Made by a program: the position numbers and the translations under genes. A stretch of DNA of 64,000 nucleotides, from contig SMSO01000007.1 in assembly GCA_004764695.1 (NCBI GenBank), positions 1,495,270 to 1,559,269 on the forward strand, in the 5' to 3' direction. Every line of letters begins with the position of its first letter. Positions within the stretch are counted from its first letter, which is position 1. This document shows positions 1 to 11,800 of the stretch, in pieces. Origin of the DNA: Schizochytrium sp. TIO01 (taxonomy: Eukaryota; Protista; Bigyra: Labyrinthulomycetes). Under the pieces are notes generated by a model. That model made no database searches and had not been told where the DNA came from. It saw only the letters and a program-made list of their open reading frames with translations.

Positions 1-136
1 AGTGCAGGTACTCGTGCAGTTCGTAATCAATCCGTGCAGTTGGTTGATAGCCTGCAGGCATTATCCTGCGCTTAGGGCACGCCTGCTTTGGTGGTTCTGA
101 CGTGCTCTGCTTCGGTCACGGCACAGACGTTGGGGC

Positions 137-1777
137 ATGGATCATGCGGTCGGAGATAGCGCTGATGGGGCCACAAGCGTCCCGGGGGATCTCCAGGTTG
201 CTGCTCACAGAGGACTCCGCGATGGGTCTGGAACCCAGAGCTGGAAAACAGCTCTGGAAAACAGTGAAAAGTCTGCCATTCGAGAGCTGCTAGTGGCGGT
301 TCTGGCAGAGCTTGACGAGAATTCCGCGAAGGAGATCTTGCAGGAAGCAGCCCACTTACAACGTGCCGAGGAGAATGTCTCTCTTGAAAGAGTACATGAG
401 ATTGTGGAGGGTATTTGCAATCATTTAGACCTTTCTGTCTCGCAGACCGTTGGCGTCCAAGGCTCGTACCGGAGGAAATTGCGATACAATATCGTGGCAG
501 AAAACCTTGCCTTCATTGATGCTTTTAATGCACGAAGAAGGATGCAAGAAAATAGCTTAACACCTTTTCTTGAGGCGAATGCATACATTCTGCTGAGCCA
601 CACAGAGTTCGGTCTTGCGATGAGCAATGGCTTGCAGGCAAACCTCACTAAAACCAATGGAAATGAATTTCTCGAAGAACTTCTTCAAGAGGATACCAGC
701 GAAGAAGTGGCCTCCCAGTGGCCTGTGGATACAACGTGGGACTGGAAAATCCATGGTGCCGTCGGGCATGTCAAGAACCAGGGGTTTTGCGGTAGTTGCT
801 GGGCCCACTCGGCAATCGCTGCAATCGAGGGTAAGATGGCCATCCAGCATCAAGAATTGTTCCAACTGAGCGCACAGCAGCTTTTGGATTGTTTTCGGCC
901 CCTCGAGTATGGGTGTCGGGGCGGGAGCTTTCTTGATGTTCTACGCAATTACACCACAAACCATGCAATCTTGACAGAAAAGCGCTTACCATTTGTTGGA
1001 CAAGCCGCAGAACATTGTTTGGAGACGCGCGATCAAGAATCGCATGAAGGTGTTGTCGAGACTGAAAATGTGATTTGGTTTAAAGAAGCGCACCCTTCAG
1101 TCGTCGCAAACTTGGTTCGTCAGCAACCTGTAGCATCAAGCATTAAAGCAGCTAGTCGGTGCTTTCAGTTCTACGCGTCAGGCATTCTGGACGATGATGG
1201 CTGCTCCCAGGGGGATGAAACAATGAACCATGCAGTTACAATTGTAGGCTTCGAGCATACAGACGACCCTGATCGCAGGGCGTGGATCATCAAAAACTCA
1301 TGGGGGCGACATTGGGGTGAGGATGGGTTTGCGCGAATTAAGATCCATGCTAAATCACGTACAAGTGCTTTTGGTATTCACAAGCTCATTGCAGCTCCTT
1401 TATCAGTTTCATATTCCCAGCGCTGTCTTAACAGCTCTCAAGCGTGCAGTGGCGAAGGGCTTGCTGTAAACACAAGTAAAACCACCCCTTATGACGATGG
1501 TTCTTCAAAAGGTTCAGCTAATCGTGTACACATGATTGTCGCTGCTATGTTCTTGGTTTGGGTACTGGTTCTTATTTGCATAGTTGGAAGGGTGGCTTAT
1601 CGACAGTGGACTCGTAAAAGGCGCGGGCCACGGCCTCGAAGAGATCCATCCCTAACTCGTGCTAGTCACGAATCTCTTGTTCGATTGTTAGACGAATACG
1701 TTGATGATGATGATGACGAAGAGGAAACTGGCAACTCAGAGAGTAGACCTCGTCCGTACGACTCCTCCATCATTTAG
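137..1777 (+). CDS. Papain-family (C1A) cysteine protease with I29-like prodomain, C-terminal transmembrane helix and acidic cytosolic tail
   Basis: KNQGFCGSCWA (oxyanion Gln and catalytic Cys, ~776-805), GCRGG, NHAV (His), WIIKNSWGRHWGEDGF (Asn); prodomain-like ENLAFIDAFN...NAYILLSHTEF; hydrophobic MIVAAMFLVWVLVLICIVG followed by RKRR. The true 5' end is probably upstream of 137. Confidence 0.93.
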   Translation: MDHAVGDSADGATSVPGDLQVAAHRGLRDGSGTQSWKTALENSEKSAIRELLVAVLAELDENSAKEILQEAAHLQRAEENVSLERVHEIVEGICNHLDLSVSQTVGVQGSYRRKLRYNIVAENLAFIDAFNARRRMQENSLTPFLEANAYILLSHTEFGLAMSNGLQANLTKTNGNEFLEELLQEDTSEEVASQWPVDTTWDWKIHGAVGHVKNQGFCGSCWAHSAIAAIEGKMAIQHQELFQLSAQQLLDCFRPLEYGCRGGSFLDVLRNYTTNHAILTEKRLPFVGQAAEHCLETRDQESHEGVVETENVIWFKEAHPSVVANLVRQQPVASSIKAASRCFQFYASGILDDDGCSQGDETMNHAVTIVGFEHTDDPDRRAWIIKNSWGRHWGEDGFARIKIHAKSRTSAFGIHKLIAAPLSVSYSQRCLNSSQACSGEGLAVNTSKTTPYDDGSSKGSANRVHMIVAAMFLVWVLVLICIVGRVAYRQWTRKRRGPRPRRDPSLTRASHESLVRLLDEYVDDDDDEEETGNSESRPRPYDSSII

Positions 1778-2557
1778 ATTCTCATGTTTAGGCAAGGATA
1801 ACTTTGAATGGTCATTAATTCACATAGCGTGGCACCCTGTAGTGCCAGTGGTAGTCTAGACTATATATTCATCTATATTATATTTTTTAAGCTTCTTCTT
1901 CTCAGCTTAATTTCGATAAATTATTCTTTGACAAGAACGTCATTAAAACGTCAATATCGTGTACAGGTGTACCTCTTATGTTCAAAGCAGTGCATATAAA
2001 GCCTCCAACTGTTTTAATTTCCTTCCGTCCAACATTAACTAAGACAACCTTTATTATACGAGGCCCTTCTTGAGACAATAAATATAGCAGCGAAATAGCT
2101 AGTATCATGAAAGAGTTCTACATTTAAATGAATATGTGTTCTTGAAGTTATTTATACGTAAGGTGTTCATTGAGTCACTCAGAAGTATGAGGGCTAACTA
2201 TTTATCACAGAAAGAAAGAAAGAGCAAGAATCGCATCATAGGGCCAAACGTGGTACATACAATTCTAAAGTAAACTTCTGAATTATCCATGGACTGCCGT
2301 GCTCTTTGAAAAATATCAGCCACAGAAAATACAACGTAGGCTCATTCATGCTTGTCTTCCATTCTTGGAATATATGTTTCATGGTCATAAGAAAGATGCA
2401 AAGTAAAGACTATACACATGTTGAAGTAAGGTTTAGTCACGTTGCATTGGTTCAGACTGCCACCAACCAGTAAACCCTGGCCAGACCACATGGTGATGCT
2501 ATAGCAAAACTCTGATGAGGAAAAGGGCAGAATTCATTTGATCTGGGTGCTTCAGGT

Positions 2558-3686
2558 TTAGTGGCTCGACCTGCGTTGCTTGATACAAGCCATCAATATG
2601 TCTTGGTAAGTGCTGACGGAGCGACGGATGGCAGAAAAACGAGTGCCATAGTCGATTGGGAAAATCGTAGGCACAATGATACTTGTGAGTGCGTTGGCAT
2701 CCATAAGATTTGTGGAGGAATTGTCAGTGATATCCACAGAAAGATCAATTAACCAGAGAAAGAGAGCCTTCTTCTCTGAGTTAAGAGCCCCAACAACCTT
2801 ATCAAGAATTCCTTGCAGGTTCTTAGTGGGATCATTCTCTGCTATATCGAGAATTGGGTCAGGAATGCGTGCAAGAAGAGGTTCGTCCATCTCATTAAAA
2901 AATCGGAGAATGAGGTTTGCTGCACAATATGATGAACAGCCATCAAGTTCATATTCGCGCCGTTGCAATTCTTTCATGTATTTTGCCTTCTCGTCATTCT
3001 CAGCAGGAATGCGGAAGATACCTTCCGTATGTAAGCCGTCCTCCCTGATAAGTTTCTCCTTTAGCGAAAGAAGTACGCGAGGCAGGGGTGCAGGGTAGCC
3101 GCTAACGTCCTCTTGATCGAGCGGCTGATTGTTGGGTGTAAAGTCAACTGGGGATGTCGTCGAGAAAACACCGATGTCGCTTTGATCTCGGCCTCCTGTG
3201 GTTGTCTCTGCGTAGCTCGAAAGCTCTGTTGTGTCATTAGATGCAGCAGTGGCTTTCCTCGTAAGGAATTTGGACAGTTTAGGTCGACGCTCGTCATCCC
3301 GAGCTGCGGAAGCTGCTGCTGCAACTTTCGAAGCTGCTGCCCGGGATCCACTAATAGCTGATGCAAGAAGTTTTTTGCTACCTGCAGCAATTTTGGTGCC
3401 AACCTTCAGATCTCAGCTGGTCGCTGCCGCTAGATCCCGACCCTTTCCTGCTGTTACCTTGAACTGCATCTGGGTCCTCCTCGGGCTCCTTCATGACTGT
3501 CTGAATGGTGTTTCTCCCCGGTCCAGGCTCACCACGCGGAGCGGGTTTAGGTCCTCGCTTTGCAGGCTTTGGGTGAAGCGCACTGGGCTTTTCGTTGCTG
3601 GCCTCTGACTTTGCGTTCCTTGCAGCGTCGTCCCAAGTTATCTTCTTGTTGTCACTTCCTCCGAGGAATGAGAAACAAGACGTCAT
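2558..3686 (-). CDS. Rho GTPase-activating protein (RhoGAP domain), with an apparent frameshift near 3410
   Basis: The frame of ORF 2558..2977 stays open upstream to ~3412 and reads ...YPAPLPRVLLSLKEKLIREDGLHTEGIFRIPA (arginine finger)...AANLILRFFNEMDEPLL...NLMDANALTSIIVPTIF. The likely N-terminus (MTSCFSFLGG, ATG at 3686) is in the frame of ORF 3378..3719. Confidence 0.85.
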
Positions 3687-5097
3687 GGTGCTCTTGATCC
3701 CTTGGTTCGCTTTCTGCAATCCAACGTAATCCCTTTTCTTGATTTGATCTCAGAAGAGGTTCTGATTTAACTAGGGCTACCTTTCTTCTCGCAGTCTTCG
3801 ACGAACGGACGTGCAAGCAAGCAAACAAACAATCACGTTTTCCACAGAGCCAGCAAGTTCCCCCTTTTCCGGCCCCGCGAACAGGTTTGCTCAGCTCAGA
3901 TTCGCTTGTCAAAGTTTATGCTGATGGTGCTTTTTCCCAATCCCGACTCGCGTCAGACTCAGTTAGAGTTCTGTTGTCGCTCGCCAAGCCTTAACTGACG
4001 CAGCTGGCTAGCTCCCTAGCTATGGCATACCTGCATCATCGCAATTACCCATCCTGGCCCAGACCATCATAATTGCCTGTAGCGCTCTTCTTTATAAGTC
4101 CTGATCATTGGTCATCACGTGCACACAATTCACGGTTCATCTCGGTGCGAACTTCCACAAGCCTCATAATGTCGCCCTGGTCATGCTCAAGTTGTTAGAA
4201 ACAAGCACTGTCGACTCCTGCACTGAGCTCAGCTATTCACAGCGCAAGCCCACTCTTAAGTAGGTGCGCGCAACAACTTCTGGCAAGGTAATCTTCGCAC
4301 TTCAGGACCGCCGGCAAAAACTCGAACTTTTGTTGACGCGCGCCACATCCCTCGCAGGACTCGCAGGTGTTTGCTTCAACATGAAGTTCCCTCAGCTTTA
4401 CCAGCTCCCTGATTCCATTTACTCGCACAAGTATCTGCAGAAGTAAGTCAGTATCCTCGTTCTCATGCTCGTCGCCGTTGGAGTCTTTGATTGCTTTGTC
4501 AGCCTTTGTCCATGCCCTGGGCCCGAAAGAGGTGGAAATGATATAACTCTCGAGGCGCTTTTTTTGGGCTCATCATCACCGCTGCTCAGGAGAGGTGAAG
4601 AAGAACCTCGTTATCGTGGTGAGCTTGTAAAGCTCTCCAATCGAGGAGCGAGGAGCGAGGGTTTCGAGGTCCACGAGCGAAGAAGCACGCACTCGGAAGC
4701 ATCTGCAGTTTATAGTAGTAGTATTTTTTTAATAGGAGGAGGCGGCGCGAGCTCAAGACCATCAGCACGAAATCAGCGACGGAATTGAAGACGAAGAAGA
4801 CCCACGCGCATGATGCCACGACGGTACCATGGAACTTCTACTCTCGCATGCTCGCAGCTACAGCTCCAGCCGTCGGTCTCGTCGGCTTCGCCAGCGCCAC
4901 GGCTTAACTTCCCTCGCTCGTAGCTGCTTCAACGATGGCAGGTGTGCATGGCGGCCACACGCCCAGATTCCTGCAGAAGCAACGGCACCGAAAGCGCGCG
5001 AGCTACTGCTGCTGCTGCCTGGCTGCCCGAGCTAGTGTCAAGCCAGGCGTGGGCCTAGTTTGGTTTGGCACGAGCTTTCAAAAGGCTCGTGGACCAG

Positions 5098-5136
5098 AGA
5101 ACTGAGACTTGAGAACTGAGAACTGAGACTCGAGAT
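5098..5136. repeat. Short imperfect GAGAACT/GAGACT tandem repeat
   Basis: gagaactgagacttgagaactgagaactgagactcgaga. Confidence 0.6.
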
Positions 5137-5452
5137 TCAAGGGAGAAAGAAAGCGTCCAAAGCTGAGAAATGGCGGAGATAGTAATGAAATTTTACAAAA
5201 CTTTCGCTGCAAGCCTGCTGGCTTGGTACTGATCGTGAAACCTTTGCACGGACCTCAGTGCTGCCCACCTGTTAACTGCCGTCGAAATCCCGAGGCAGCA
5301 GAGCCCATAGATCTTGCGCAATGCATCCAGATGTGGCCAGATTCGAGGCGACGTAAACTTTGGTGCACGAGAGATATAATGTAAAAAAATATATATAATT
5401 AAGAAATTAAGAAATTTTAAAAATAATGATGCAACAAGATTATGCAATGTAA

Positions 5453-5493
5453 GGCAAAGCAATGCAATGCAAAGCAAAGCGAAGCAAAGCAAA
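5453..5493. repeat. GCAA(A/T) pentamer microsatellite
   Basis: gcaaagcaatgcaatgcaaagcaaagcgaagcaaagcaaa. Confidence 0.7.
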
Positions 5494-8400
5494 CCATGCG
5501 AAGAGTTATGCAATCAGAATGTACAACGCAATGTAACTACTCTTGAAGAGCCATTTTCTTACAGCTTAACCTACGTGTGGAGCTGCTATCTTGTGACGAC
5601 CTATTGGCTTGAACTCTTTCGCACTCCCGTCAAGCAAGGTGTGTGTATCATATCCAGCCCCAGGAGCTAACACTTCAGAACCAAGAAACCTCGGACCCAA
5701 CTTAGTGATACAAAGGTGTTTATTTTGGCAAGAAGTGGAAGGATTGATAAACATAGTGGTCCCAGATCATAGAACTGAGAGAACCGAAATTGCCTCCACG
5801 ATTGATAACAATTTATTTACGATATCTAGCTAGAGGATCGATCAAATTGTCCATGCTAAATTTCACTTTTCCTCACAAATGTATAGCGCTGCGTCGGCAA
5901 GGTTTCTGATGAGTGTTTAATGGCATCAGTGTCTTCAACTGTAAGCATCCGTTCCAAACTCTCTCTGTTATTCTTTCACAGAGGCCACTATCGTTTACCT
6001 GTGCTGGAGGTATTTCACAAGGTATGATTCGCATTTATACAACAGTAGTAGTAGGTAGCTTTTTATACCAGCTTTAAGAAGCTTTGAAAACGTTTTATAT
6101 GATTTATTTTTTTTCATATATAGATTTTTTTTAAAGAGAGTTAAAAACAATTTTTTTAAAAACTACTCAGGAATTATCATCATCTCAAGTTTTCTTTTCG
6201 CGAAAGAGGACTATGGATGCGGATAGCATGTGCAGTTTCAATGTCAAAATTAGCGATGCAGACCCAAACATTCAAGGGAAAAAAGCATTCTTCAGAGTGC
6301 TCCCTTGAATTTAGCCTGCACTTCTTCATTGGAAAATGCTCGCTTCGGTGCTTTCAGTGAAAAAATATAAAGTGGAACCCCTTTGCACGAGGTCGCAACG
6401 ATTATTCAATGGATAACAACCCTGCAGTTTGAACGAAATTAATCATCCTTGCCAGTTGCACAATGAGACCTTGACACGCCCACTTCATTGTGAAAAAGAC
6501 CTGCATCGCGTTCACTGCTTCGATCGCTTGGTCCTTCTCCCTTGCACTACCAAGAATGACGGAAATTGACCAAAGCAAATTGATGCAATGCAATACCTAG
6601 CAGCGGCACAGTTGCAATCCAGTTGGATCCAATGCTCGCCTTATTTGTAAATGTGAAAAGGAGGACCTTGAGACCGGCACATTTGGCGAATACAGAGCAG
6701 CCCCAGAGCGTGATTTTATGTAGGAGCAGTTGAGTAATTGCAAGAATGAGAACAAGGACGAACCCCCCTCCATGATGACTGGCTGAGCTACAATCAACCT
6801 TGTGAAAACGACAACGATCGCTTCTTGAATGAAGCGTTCATGATTGAGGACATCGAGCGTACTCGTGCGGGGCATTCTGATGAAGTTTACTATATTTGCG
6901 GAACGCCATAAGGATTGCGATATGGTAGAAGACGGTGGTTCTACTTTGGTCGTGGAGTTTAATTGTCCTAAAGACTGAGAGGACGATCTTCACTCGTTTG
7001 ATTTGGTAGATTACGAAAGGAGGCAGCAAATTAAAAAAGATCTCTTCAATCAATCGTAAGTCAACCGGATTGCTATTTGATCAATAGATCAGATGAATGA
7101 ATATGTGGACCTCAATTACTCTAGCTTAGGGTATACTATCAATTATTAGTTGGTCATGGCCTTGATAAGTCACCTTCAACTCAGATTTAACTGTTTGCTC
7201 TCAGTAGAAGGCGTTTCTTGAAACAGCTCAAACTGAAATGCAATGTGAAGGCCCGCGACAAAGCGATTACAAAGTTAAAGCTAGCAAATTCCCAAGGATC
7301 TTTGAAGACAACTCTTACTAATCATTCAGCAAGTCGCAGTGGTGGGTGCCACTCGACTTAAGTCGACTCGAAATGCAAAGTCAAACGCCAGGCTGCTGCT
7401 CGCAGATCTTGGATAGGATTCGGCCAGTCATAGAAGCATAATAGCTGCACAAGCCCACTGCAAAGCAAATTTTATACGAGCGAGGGATAGTTTGCACTTG
7501 CAATCATACCACAGCATTAAATAGACGTAGTAGCAGTAATTAGTTCAAGGAGTAGTACCCTTGAAATGAAAATGAGATGATGGCGCATAAGGGATCATGA
7601 GACAGCGGTACGGGTCAGCTCGCGAGCACAACGAAGAGGAAAATAAACATAATACCGTTCTCTGTTTCTTGCCGACGCTGGTGTTGTTCATCAGTCAAAC
7701 ATATATATGTGGAAGTAAATTTGACTATAACGATTCATTCACTGATAGTATTGTTGGTTTGCAGGGGCAGCTAGTCTCATCGAGTTATCAACTAAGTTAT
7801 AGGCCTGTCTATAATTCCATGAAGCTTTTATTCATTAGGAATATTCTCTCCCTTCCAAAACCAAATAAACGATACTCATATTCAAAGGCAATGCTCCGTA
7901 ACTTAAAGTACATTTCCGAGGTGTCCTACACACGGAGAGAACAGATCAGCTGTTGTGATACCCTGCCATTTGGAAGCACATAATAGCTCGTGCGCCCCGA
8001 GCACAAAATGAAGAGAATCACTTTGTACTTCCGGATCATTTATTCGAGATACTTAAATTTGATACTATAGTAAACTCTTCTGTTGCTCATATCGCTTTCA
8101 AGGTCAGTGGAGATTAGGGATAGAAAACTCTGCAACACGTATCAGGTACTTTAACGAGTGAAACCATTGTTCGAAAAAATGATTGACGCAAAATCTTTTT
8201 TGGGTAATTCTATCAAGCATGGGTAGATAAATGTTTTGTGCTTCTGCAATGTTTTCCTTGGATTTATAACGTCAAGGCAAATTAGACACCAAAGAAACAG
8301 TCTATATTGGTATTACAAACGCAGTCGTTAGCCAATTTTGCAATGCATCACCAAATGTCATTTGGCGTCATGGATTTAATTTTTGGTTTGCTGGCCAATG

Positions 8401-8806
8401 TCGCTCTCTATAGAGAATAGATAGTTCACGATGATAATAGGATAGAAGAAAGTTTGTTTGTTTGCTTGAGAATTTCGATGTCTTATTTGGTCAGCCTTGA
8501 AGTTTCTTAATTTGTCATGCAAAAAAAGAGAGAAAACTTCCAGGATCACCCAAATCTCGAAAACAAAAAACAAACTAGAGAAAGAAATCCTCCTATGAAG
8601 ACGTGCTGAGAGCGCCTATGTTGATGCTGCAATAGGAAATGCGATTGTATATTCTGACGCAGAATAAAGGATAAAAGCACAGAGATTGAAGAGAAAGGCT
8701 TGGGGCTGAATTACATGAAAAAAAAAAGAAGAACGTAAAGAGAAAAAGTAATTGGGATTGTGCGAGTGAAGAGAGAACTCGACCAACAAAGGGTAATTTG
8801 CCTTTT

Positions 8807-11800
8807 CTAAGAGCAGAGCTCAGCAAGGATGATGCGATTTGAGTGCTCATCGTAGACGAGCCACTGAGGGTACTGACGGCAGAATGTCGTGATGCCCATG
8901 AGTGTAATGAGATTGTAATCCTTGTTATGCTTTGCGGAAATATCCATGAGATCGGAAACTTCGGCCGCTCCATTATGTTCGGCCAAGAGCCATGTGCGGA
9001 GAACGCAAAGCGCATGCAATTGCTCACTATCACTGGTATAAGTAACCGTAGGCGCCCCCTTTTTAGTGTTCGCAGCCAGAGCCTGGCGGGAAGAGGGGGA
9101 CAAGCCAGCACGTTTCACTGTAATCACATGTGTTTTTGCATTCCAGGCCAACAAGTGCGGATGCTCACTGCAGAATGCTCCAAGGGTGCGTGTTCTGATA
9201 ATCTTGGCAGCTTCGGGATTCTCCTTGTAGAAGCTTCCGAGCATGGAAGCTTTATAAGGGCCATTGGATTTTTCCATAAGCCAAGAAGCCAAGTGGTTGG
9301 CCACATTGAGGCTCTCTTTCTTCCAATCTGCAGAAGGAAGACGAGCCACACCAGTGTCTTGCATTGTCTGCATATTCTGCTGTTGCTGAGCAAATGAAGG
9401 TACTCCGCTTAGACCACCAATAAAACCTGTGCCTGCTCCCGGTGCTTTGGCAGAGGAAGCGGACGAAGGCGAGGGTGTGCTCGTGGGAGCTGAGGCACCA
9501 TTACGGGCGCTCCAAATCATGTGCGTCTTACAATCCCAACCAAGCAAGTCTGGAACTGCGTTAATGAAGACTTGCAACGTCTTTGATTTGACGTGGCGGT
9601 TGATGTGCGGGTGCGTCTTGTAAAAGGCGCCAAGATTTGCAGCATTGGTGCTCCCATCAAACTCCTTCTCAAGCCACATCGCCATCAGCGTTGCTGCTGA
9701 TCTATCTGACACGGTCAGGCCATCCGAAGTCCCGTCTGCTTGCAATCCGAGCGTTGAGGTGGCACTTGCGTCGGCAAACGGTGACTTGCGATGTCCAAGA
9801 GCTCCAGCGCCAAATGCGTTCGATGGCGATGACACTTGCATAATTGCAGCTGATGAAGCAGAGGACGTAGAAATGGCGGAAACCGAGGTTGAAGAAGACG
9901 GAGAAATAGCCGCTGCCGATGTTGATGTCATCGGCATGCTCGAGCCAGAGTTGTTTGACCCTCCAGGGCCAGATACAGCAGTGAGCATTCTCGTTTTGCT
10001 ATTCCAGCGCAAAATATCGCTGTGCTCCAGAGTAAAATTATGCAAAGTTTGTCCGCGAATAATTTTTGCAAGCACTGGGTATTTGCGATAAAATGCACCC
10101 AGATTGGCAACATTAGTTGCTCCCATATGATTCTCGCATAGCCATTCAGCAACAACCATAGCTGAAAGTGTTGGATTCGAAATGTAAAAGGCCTCTTCGC
10201 CCTCAGACGTCGGATGCTGAATTGCAATCCAATTAGCGAGGCTCCTTCCTTGCATTGAGGTTGCCGCGTTACCTTCGAGCCCATTCATTTCATGGCTCAT
10301 GCCGCTTTTGTCTGCACGGACGAGAGTCACCACGCGTGTCTTTGGATTCCAATTCATTAGATCGGAATTCTGTCTAATGAAAGATGCTAGGGATTGCCCG
10401 CGGACCACATTGGCAAGGTCTGGCCGGGCCTTGTAAAACATACTCAGGGCGTGCGAGTTTGCCTGAGTACCATGTTTTTCACGAATCCAATCTACCATGG
10501 CTTCTGCTGCGGCTCGACTTTGCTCAGGAAGGACCGGGGTGGGTTGTTCTCCTGCGACGGCAATCACGTGTGATGTCGGCGACCACGAGAGCAAATGTTC
10601 ATTCTCTTCCACAAAGTGTCCCAGGGTCATGGTTTTAATCAATTTGGCAATTTCGGGATTCGCCTTGTAAAATCGACCCAGGTGTGCCGCCTTGGTCGAT
10701 CCGCCAAAATCTTTCCTGAGCCAGTTCGCAAGCTTCTCTGCACAATCCTGCATTGTCACGTTGGGAGGGAGGTCAACATCCGACATCGCGGAAGATGAGG
10801 CGACGCCGGCGTTGCTGATGTTATTGCTGATGATTGTTTTGCCTGATAATCCAAATCCTGTAATATTCGTGCTGTTGCTATTGCCGCTGCTACTGCGGGG
10901 CAGTGGTTGGAATGGGTTCGTAGAAAGGGAGGGTAGGCCAGCTGTACCCCAAGGGTTATTTGGGCCATTCGTATTGTTGCTGGTAGAGGAGGAAGAAGAG
11001 CTGCTGCTACTAGAGCTACTGCTGCTAGAGCTGCTGCTCGACGGGTTGGGCGGTGCAACATTATTGTTACTGCTGTGGTGATGGTGGAGGTGGAGATGGT
11101 GATTATGGCTGGCGCTGCCCATTTGGCCATCCATGCCGCCTGAGACACCCCCTTTAACACCAGCGCCATTTGTAGCACTTTTACTAATAGACCTGCCACT
11201 ATTACTGCTACTCAAATTGAGAGTGGTATTTCCATTTCCGGAAACGTACTGATCTTGGTTGTTGAGGCTGTGGTGATGCGGACTCATGAAGGGGTCCATG
11301 GCCATGGTAGACATGGAAGAATTAAGCATGCCGCTTAACAAACCACCAGGGCTCTCAAGGCTTCGCAGAGCAGAAGCCAAAATAGCGTCTTCCTCATCAT
11401 CACCATGGTGGTGGTGGTGGTGGTGTAAGTGATTGTGCAGACCAGACTGTGCTCCGTGTGCATTCATATTATCATGGCCAGACTGCAAATTACTCGGGCG
11501 ATTTCCTGCAGCCTTGAGGCTTTCGCCAAAGCTTGAAAGGCCTGCAGATGAGGAACTTCCCCACATAAGTCCGTGAGATCCACTCGCGGTTGTGGCGGAA
11601 GATGAGGAGGAAGACGACGACGAGGAAGAAGACGACGACGAGGAGGAAGAAGAAGACGAGGAAGAAGAAGAAGATGATGATGATGATGACCGCGCTCCGT
11701 GGGGCCACCCCGAGAGGCCCTCTTGGTTAATGGTTGCAGAGACACGAGCGCCCTCAGCATCAACCTCTGCTCCGGTAAGAATATGGCGGCCTGCCGGCGA

